Assembly: GCA_031370785.1 (NCBI GenBank)
Contig: JANMQY010000033.1
Span: 1-14,400 of the forward strand
DNA: 14,400 bases
Direction of reading: 5' to 3'
Source of the DNA: Candidatus Eiseniibacteriota bacterium
GTDB taxonomy: Bacteria; Eisenbacteria; RBG-16-71-46
Shown here: one piece after another, positions 9,687-14,400 of the stretch
Numbering within the stretch: the stretch's first letter is position 1
Layout of the letters: the number at the start of each line of letters is the position of its first letter
Made by a program: the position numbers and the translations under genes
Notes under the pieces: generated by a model
Databases searched by the model: none
Told to the model about the DNA's origin: nothing
Seen by the model: only the letters and a program-made list of their open reading frames with translations

Positions 9687-10987
9687 CGTAGCGCCTCGAG
9701 CAATTCGGGCGAAGCGCCGGCGACCGTCATCGATGGGTCGAGATGGGTCAGCGCTCCCGCGCACACCGTCGCGCAGACGCGACCTTCCAGCTTCCACCCG
9801 GCGAAGGGCGTGTTGCGCCCCATCGAGTGGAAGGCGTCCGGGTTCACGGTCCACGGCGCGGACGGATCGAACAGCACGAGATCGGCGGGGAAGCCGGGCT
9901 CGAGCCGCACTTTGGGAAGCGCAAAGGCGCGCCGCGGCGCATCGGTCCACAGCTCGATCGCGCGCGCGAGCGAAAGATGGCCCGGCTTGACGAGGAAGGT
10001 GAGGGTGAGCGCGAACGCGGTTTCGAGGCCGACGATGCCGAACGGGGCCTGGTCGAACGGCTGGCGCTTGTCCTCGGCCGTATGCGGTGCATGGTCGGTG
10101 GTCAGGCAGTCGATGGTGCCGTCCGCGATCGCGGCGATGGTCGCGTCGCGATCCGCGGCCGAGCGCAGCGGCGGATTCATCTTGGCGTGCGTGTCGTAGT
10201 CGGCAACCGCTTCGTCGGTGAGCGTCCAGTAGTGCGGGCAGGTTTCCCCGGTGACCGGCAGGCCGCGCCGCTTCGCGTCGCGCAGCGCCTCGAACGACTC
10301 GGCGCACGAGAGGTGCGCGAAGTGCACGCGGCCTCCGGTCAGCGCGGCGAGCTCGACGTCGCGCCGCGCCATCACGCTCTCGGCGGCCGAGGGAATGCCG
10401 CGCAGCCCGAGCCGGGTGGAGGTGAAGCCCTCGTGCATCACGCCCTCCCCGCGCAGGGAGAGATCCTCCTCGTGGCACACGATGGGCAGACCGGCGTGCG
10501 TCGCGTACTCGAGCGCGTGGCGCATGGTGCCGGCCGACAACACAGGGCGGCCGTCGTCCGAGAGCGCGACCGCGCCGGCCTTGCGCAGCGCCAGCGCCGG
10601 CGCCAGCGTCTCGCCCTTCTGTCCGAGCGTCACCGCTCCGATCGGGTGCACGCGGCAACGGCCTTCCGCCCGCGCGCGGTTCACCACCCATTCGATCCAC
10701 GCCGCGCTGTCGAGCACGGGCTCGGTGTTGGGCATGCAGGCGACCGCGGTGAATCCGCCCGCGGCGGCCGCGCGCGTGCCGGTGCGGATGGTCTCGCGCG
10801 CGGACTGGCCCGGCTCGCGCAGGTGCACGTGCAGGTCGACGAGCCCGGGCGCGAGCACCGCGCCCTCAGCATCGAGTGTCGCGGCTCCGGCCGGCGCGCG
10901 AGCGACGATCGTGCCATCCGCGACCGCCAGGTCGAGGGGCTCGCCGGTCTGCCAGTGACGGGCGTTGCGGATGATGAGCGCGCTCAC
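9683..10987 (-). CDS. pyrC: Dihydroorotase (long, type I form)
   Basis: Metal ligands DLHVHLREPG, plus AAAGGFTAVACMPNT, KMNPPLR, TDHAPH and GIVGLET. GTG at 10987 overlaps the pyrB stop (GTGA). Confidence 0.97.
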   Translation of the reverse strand: MSALIIRNARHWQTGEPLDLAVADGTIVARAPAGAATLDAEGAVLAPGLVDLHVHLREPGQSARETIRTGTRAAAAGGFTAVACMPNTEPVLDSAAWIEWVVNRARAEGRCRVHPIGAVTLGQKGETLAPALALRKAGAVALSDDGRPVLSAGTMRHALEYATHAGLPIVCHEEDLSLRGEGVMHEGFTSTRLGLRGIPSAAESVMARRDVELAALTGGRVHFAHLSCAESFEALRDAKRRGLPVTGETCPHYWTLTDEAVADYDTHAKMNPPLRSAADRDATIAAIADGTIDCLTTDHAPHTAEDKRQPFDQAPFGIVGLETAFALTLTFLVKPGHLSLARAIELWTDAPRRAFALPKVRLEPGFPADLVLFDPSAPWTVNPDAFHSMGRNTPFAGWKLEGRVCATVCAGALTHLDPSMTVAGASPELLEALR

Positions 10988-11988
10988 GCCGCGGCCCTCG
11001 CATCGCCGGTCACGCACCACGCCAGCACCGCGCACCGCACCGGCAGGCCGTTGGCGGTCTGGCGGAAGATCACGGAGCGGCCGCCGTCCGCCACGTCCGA
11101 AGCGATCTCGACTTCACGGTTCATGGGGCCGGGGTGCATCACCACCGCCTCCGGCTTCATCAGGCGCACGCGCTCGGCGCTGATCCCCCACGTGCTCGCG
11201 TATTCGCCGAGCGAGGCGAGCAGGCCGCGCTCCATGCGCTCGCGCTGCAGACGCAGCGCCATGACCGCGTCCGCTCCGCTCATCGCGTCCTCGACCGTGG
11301 GCGCGGCCGTGCAGCCCAGCGCCTCGACGTCGGCGGGCATCAGCGTGGCGGGGCCGCAGACCGTGACCTCGGCGCCGAGCGCGGTCAGCCCGGCGATCGC
11401 CGAGCGCGCGACGCGCGAATGCGCGATGTCACCGACGATCGCGAGGCGCCGGCCTTCGAAGCGGTCCTGCCACGAATCGCGGAGCGTCATCAGGTCGAGC
11501 AGACCCTGGGTCGGATGCTCGTGCTCGCCGTCGCCTGCGTTCACGATCGAGGCGTCGAGGTGCGAGGCGAGATAGGCGGGGACCCCGGCCGAGCGGTGGC
11601 GCACCACCATGACCTCGACCGCCATGGATTCGAGCACGCGCAGCGTGTCGAGCAGGGTCTCGCCCTTTGAGGCCGAGGTGCCACTCGTGCCGAAGCTCAC
11701 GTGCATGGCGCCGAGCCGCTGCTCGGCCAGCTCGAAGGAGCAGCGCGTCCGTGTCGAGTCCTCGAAGAACGCGTTGCACACCGCGACCCCGGCCAGCGCG
11801 TTGGATTTCCACCGTCCCGCGTCGAGGCGGTCGCGATACAGGCGCGCGGCGTCGAGCAGGTCGAGCACGGCGTCACGGGTGAGACCCTCGAGTCCCAGTA
11901 GATGTCGACGACCTCCGGAGGCGGTGGAGGGATAAAAAAACCCCGCGCCGGCCGGGGCCGGGCAGGGCGAAGCAGTGGCACGGTCCAT
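10984..11988 (-). CDS. pyrB: Aspartate carbamoyltransferase catalytic subunit
   Basis: Motifs FFEDSTRTRCSFE, KGETLLDT, NAGDGEHEHPTQGLLD, GDIAHSRVARS, RLQRER and HPGPMNR. ATG 11988 (SD AAGGGGG) is the nearest in-frame ATG/GTG/TTG upstream of the typical N-terminal RHLL motif. The start position is less certain than the gene call. Confidence 0.96.
   Translation of the reverse strand: MDRATASPCPAPAGAGFFYPSTASGGRRHLLGLEGLTRDAVLDLLDAARLYRDRLDAGRWKSNALAGVAVCNAFFEDSTRTRCSFELAEQRLGAMHVSFGTSGTSASKGETLLDTLRVLESMAVEVMVVRHRSAGVPAYLASHLDASIVNAGDGEHEHPTQGLLDLMTLRDSWQDRFEGRRLAIVGDIAHSRVARSAIAGLTALGAEVTVCGPATLMPADVEALGCTAAPTVEDAMSGADAVMALRLQRERMERGLLASLGEYASTWGISAERVRLMKPEAVVMHPGPMNREVEIASDVADGGRSVIFRQTANGLPVRCAVLAWCVTGDARAAA
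11934..11959 (-). terminator. Intrinsic terminator/attenuator hairpin inside the 5' end of pyrB
   Basis: Minus strand reads GGCCCCG-GCCGGCG-CGGGG-TTTTTTT: a GC stem followed by seven T residues, the longest A/T homopolymer I saw in the window. Confidence 0.8.
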
Positions 11989-11991
11989 CGG

Positions 11992-12032
11992 ATCCCCCTT
12001 TTGCCGCCTCTCGGGGCGGCCCTTTAAAGGAT
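11992..12032 (-). promoter_or_regulatory. PyrR-binding-type RNA stem-loop
   Basis: Transcript AUCCUUUAAAGGGCCGCC-CCGAGA-GGCGGCAAAAGGGGGAU has a CUUUAA motif, an upper stem GCCGCC/GGCGGC, a CNGNGA hexaloop followed by GG, and a lower stem CCUUU/AAAGG. This matches the known Bacillus-type PyrR binding loop architecture and sits at the head of a pyr operon. Confidence 0.85.
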
Positions 12033-12058
12033 GGCGCTGACTGCTCGAATCGGGCGCA

Positions 12059-12087
12059 ACTGTAGCGGACGCGATTCGGCGAATCAA
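12059..12087 (-). promoter_or_regulatory. sigma70-type promoter of the pyr operon
   Basis: TTGATT (12087-12082), 17 nt spacer, TACAGT (12064-12059). Predicted start near 12052, about 20 nt before the PyrR loop. Confidence 0.75.
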
Positions 12088-12215
12088 GCGCGGCGTGCGG
12101 CGGCTTCCAGGTCCGGTGCGACGGCCCCCACGAGCCGACGGATAGTCGCCTCTGACACGGACGCCATGCTCTCGACATTCGTACGAACGCGCTCCCGCTG
12201 GCGCCTCGCGGCGTG

Positions 12216-12221
12216 TATCAT
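12216..12221 (+). promoter_or_regulatory. Possible -10 element for the divergent secreted-protein gene
   Basis: TATCAT about 45 nt upstream of ATG 12266; no convincing -35. Confidence 0.35.
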
Positions 12222-12265
12222 TTCGCTTCCCTTTGTCCATGCCGGGCCTGCTCAGGAGGTCGTCC

Positions 12266-13189
12266 ATGCCGCATCGCCGCCCCGCCCGAACATGCATTAC
12301 AGGCGCCCTCGTGCTCACCGCACTGCTCACGCTCGTGTCCGCCGCCGGCGCTGTGCCCACACTTGGTTTCCGCGAGGAATGGAGCGGCGGCGTCGGCAAC
12401 ACCGACGGCTGGGGCGGCGGCTCCTTTTACGGCAACCCCGGGGGCGGCGGGGTCGGCGGCGACGGCGATGGATTTCTGGCGATCACCACCGCGGTGGCGG
12501 CCAAGTTCGGAGGCTTCGCGGCCAATGCCGAATACACGGGCGACTGGCAGGCAGCCGGCATCACGCAGATCCGGCTGTGGCTGAACGACGTGATCGCCGA
12601 CGAGCCGATCGAGTTGCACGTTTCGGTGGGCAACGGCACGAACATGTGGCAGTACAACGTGGGGTTCAATCCGCCGAACGGCCAGTGGGCCGAATACGTG
12701 GTGGATCTCACCAATCCCGCGAACTTCACGCAGATCGTCGGCGTGGGCACTTTCGACGCCGCGTTGCAGGGCGCCGATCGCATTCTCATCCGCCACGACC
12801 TTGCGCCGTTCGCGATGGTGCCGGACAACGTGAAGGGCGATGTCGGCATCGATCACCTGCTGCTCACCAACGGCACGGTCGGGGTGGAACGGGGCGGCGC
12901 GGCGATCGCGCGGGCTCCGGCGCTGTCCAGCCCCTCGCCCAACCCGTCGCGCGGCGACGTGCAGTTCTCGATCGAGACCTTCGAATCGGGCGCGATCGCC
13001 CTCGACGTGCTGGACATCGCCGGCCGCCGCGTGCGCCACGCGGTGGTCGCCGCGGCCGGCCCGGGCCACAGCACGTGGGTCTGGGACGGCCGCGACGATG
13101 CCGGCCGCCTGACCGCGCCGGGCGCGTACCGAGTGCGTGCGAGCGGACGATCGGGCGGAGTCACGCGAGCGCTGGTGCGGGTGCGGTAG
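12266..13189 (+). CDS. Secreted protein with C-terminal FlgD Ig-like / T9SS type A-like sorting domain
   Basis: Strong SD AGGAGGT 5 nt before ATG 12266. Signal peptide ending AAGA. C-terminus PNPSRG...LDIAGRRVR...WDGRDDAGR..APGAYRVR is typical of FlgD_ig-type C-terminal domains. The N-terminal Gly/Trp-rich domain is unassigned. Confidence 0.88.
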   Translation: MPHRRPARTCITGALVLTALLTLVSAAGAVPTLGFREEWSGGVGNTDGWGGGSFYGNPGGGGVGGDGDGFLAITTAVAAKFGGFAANAEYTGDWQAAGITQIRLWLNDVIADEPIELHVSVGNGTNMWQYNVGFNPPNGQWAEYVVDLTNPANFTQIVGVGTFDAALQGADRILIRHDLAPFAMVPDNVKGDVGIDHLLLTNGTVGVERGGAAIARAPALSSPSPNPSRGDVQFSIETFESGAIALDVLDIAGRRVRHAVVAAAGPGHSTWVWDGRDDAGRLTAPGAYRVRASGRSGGVTRALVRVR

Positions 13190-13223
13190 CGGCGGAGTCG
13201 CGCTGAAGGTCGGATCAAGCGAT

Positions 13224-13255
13224 GGGCGGGTTGCTCGACCTCGAGCGGCCCGCCC
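13224..13255 (+). terminator. Long GC-rich hairpin downstream of the secreted-protein gene (terminator or 3' stabiliser)
   Basis: GGGCGGGTTGCTCG-ACCT-CGAGCGGCCCGCCC gives a 14 bp stem including two G-U pairs on the + strand. The following U-tract is weak. Confidence 0.6.
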
Positions 13256-13506
13256 CGATTCGTTGCGAGCGAAAGGATTTCCTGTTGACACACTTCTTGG
13301 GAACGACCTCGCGCGACTCGAGGCTCGTTCGCGAATCGCGCGCCGGAAGGCCGCAACCAGGGCGCTGACAAAGTAGCGACGCCGGTTTGCGAAATTCTTC
13401 GTCGAGGCCCGCGCGTTGCGCGCAGCGGCCAAGCATAGAGGCCGCGAAGCCTCGTGATATGAAGTGATGGTGCCCCCGCGATGCGTCACCTTCGCGGAGT
13501 CCCATC

Positions 13507-14400
13507 ATGAAATCCTACTCGCTGTTGCATCTCGACGATCACGTCCTGCTGCGCGACCTGGCTACACATGTTTCCCGGGATCGCGCAACAACTGCGTCAA
13601 TGCTGGCTCACATCGCCGAGGTCGATGAGCGCAAGCTGTACGTGTCGGCGGCGTATCCCTCGATGCTCCTCTACAGCGTGCGCGAGCTGCGCATGTCGGA
13701 GGACGTGGCGATCGAGCGTATCCGTGTCGCACGAACCGCCCGGCGCTTCCCGGCCATCTTTCCGGCGCTGGCAGATGGTCGACTGAACATGACGGCCGTG
13801 CTGCTCCTCACGCCGCACCTGACCCCGCAGGTGACCCCGGAGATGGCGGAAGAGCTCCTCGCGGCAGCCGCAAACAAGACGAAGAATGAGATCAGGCTGC
13901 TGCTTGCCGAGCGCTTCCCGCGGCCGGACGTACCGACCCTCGTGCTGGCCATCGGCGCGCCGGGAGGTTCGGACGAACGGACCACGGGTACGCAAGTGAG
14001 TCCAGACTCGCCCGTCTTGCAACTGAGTCCAGACTCACCTGAGTTGCCCGCCCTGCAACTGAGTCCAGACTCACTTGGCCGGCCGGCGCCGCGAGCCAGG
14101 ATTGCTCCGCTCTCGCCCGGGCGGTTCGCGCTGCAGGTCACCGTGGATCAGGAGACCTACGATCAACTCCGGTACGCGCAGTCGTTGCTCAGTCACGCCG
14201 TGCCCTCGGGCGATGTCGCGAAGGTGCTCAAGCGCGTGCTGGACTTGGCGGTCCCGAAACTCGAGCAGCGGAAGTTCGCCAAGTGCGCCCGGTCGCGCCC
14301 GCGCCGCAGCTCTGCGAACGGTCGCTACGTCCCTGCCGAGATCCGGCGCACCGTCTCGCAGCGAGACGGCGGCCAATGCACGTTCGTCAGCGAGAGTGGG
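13507..14400 (+). CDS. DUF222-like / HNH endonuclease-family protein, truncated by the window end
   Basis: Open frame from ATG 13507 (SD GGAG) to the window edge: MKSYSLLHLDDHVLLRDL...AHIAEVDERKLY...ALADGRL...RYVPAEIRRTVSQRDGGQCTFVSESG. The R..PA.IRR.V..RDGG.C motif normally precedes an HNH domain, but the HNH residues themselves are outside the window. Not in the ORF track. Confidence 0.82.
   Translation, partial: MKSYSLLHLDDHVLLRDLATHVSRDRATTASMLAHIAEVDERKLYVSAAYPSMLLYSVRELRMSEDVAIERIRVARTARRFPAIFPALADGRLNMTAVLLLTPHLTPQVTPEMAEELLAAAANKTKNEIRLLLAERFPRPDVPTLVLAIGAPGGSDERTTGTQVSPDSPVLQLSPDSPELPALQLSPDSLGRPAPRARIAPLSPGRFALQVTVDQETYDQLRYAQSLLSHAVPSGDVAKVLKRVLDLAVPKLEQRKFAKCARSRPRRSSANGRYVPAEIRRTVSQRDGGQCTFVSESG
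13992..14074. repeat. Three copies of a palindromic repeat GCAA(C/G)TGAGTCCAGACTC within the HNH-type gene
   Basis: Copies at 13992-14009, 14018-14038 and 14054-14074; the last two are identical 21-mers TGCAACTGAGTCCAGACTCAC. Periods are 27 and 36 bp. They encode Q(V/L)SPDS. Confidence 0.92.

Noticed and set aside
9683..10987. Possibility that this is an inactive PyrC' structural subunit
   Set aside because: The metal-binding HxH motif and the catalytic Asp (TDHAPH) are intact.
279..11575. Many long plus-strand ORFs (279..1811, 2533..3861, 3771..5273, 5678..8710, 9743..11575)
   Set aside because: Antisense shadows of well-supported minus-strand genes in high-GC DNA; no recognisable motifs.
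11907..12264. Shared 10-mer GGAGGTCGTC at the orphan SD in pyrB (minus strand) and the SD of the divergent gene (plus strand)
   Set aside because: Six of the ten bases are the SD consensus, so the rest is plausibly chance.
1488..12402. Long N-terminal extensions given by the ORF track for pyrF (to 2108), pyrD (to 3376), carA (to 10700), pyrC (to 11035) and pyrB (to 12402), which could suggest fusions or frameshifts
   Set aside because: The extensions are Arg/Ala/Pro-rich off-frame readings of the upstream genes or run through the promoter. Each gene has a better start at a stop/start overlap or SD.
13285..13290. Perfect TTGACA on the + strand upstream of the HNH-type gene
   Set aside because: No -10-like hexamer 16-18 nt downstream.
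13992..14074. CRISPR mini-array interpretation of the three palindromic repeats
   Set aside because: Spacers are only about 8-15 nt and resemble each other, the repeats lie in frame in a CDS, and there are no cas genes in the window.
12218..14376. Minus-strand ORFs 12218..13489, 13597..14022, 13671..14141 and 14071..14376
   Set aside because: They lie antisense to the secreted protein and HNH-type genes, which have SDs and recognisable motifs.

Overview
High-GC bacterial DNA. Most of the window (about 11990 to 1, minus strand) is a tightly coupled de novo pyrimidine operon: pyrB-pyrC-carA-carB-[TPR lipoprotein]-pyrK-pyrD-pyrF, followed by an ECF sigma factor and the start of a zinc-binding (HxxxCxxC) anti-sigma factor that the ORF track misses. 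pyrR and pyrE are not in the window. The plus strand carries a divergent secreted protein with a C-terminal FlgD-Ig/T9SS-like sorting domain and a truncated DUF222-like/HNH-type gene (also missing from the ORF track) containing three palindromic repeats. The most interesting feature is the operon leader. A sigma70 promoter is followed by a PyrR-binding-type stem-loop whose 3' strand is the pyrB Shine-Dalgarno sequence, and the intrinsic terminator lies inside the pyrB coding sequence (about codons 10-19). This suggests a hybrid control in which PyrR blocks translation and loss of ribosome coupling triggers intragenic termination. Gene style suggests an FCB-related candidate phylum such as Eisenbacteria (inference only).
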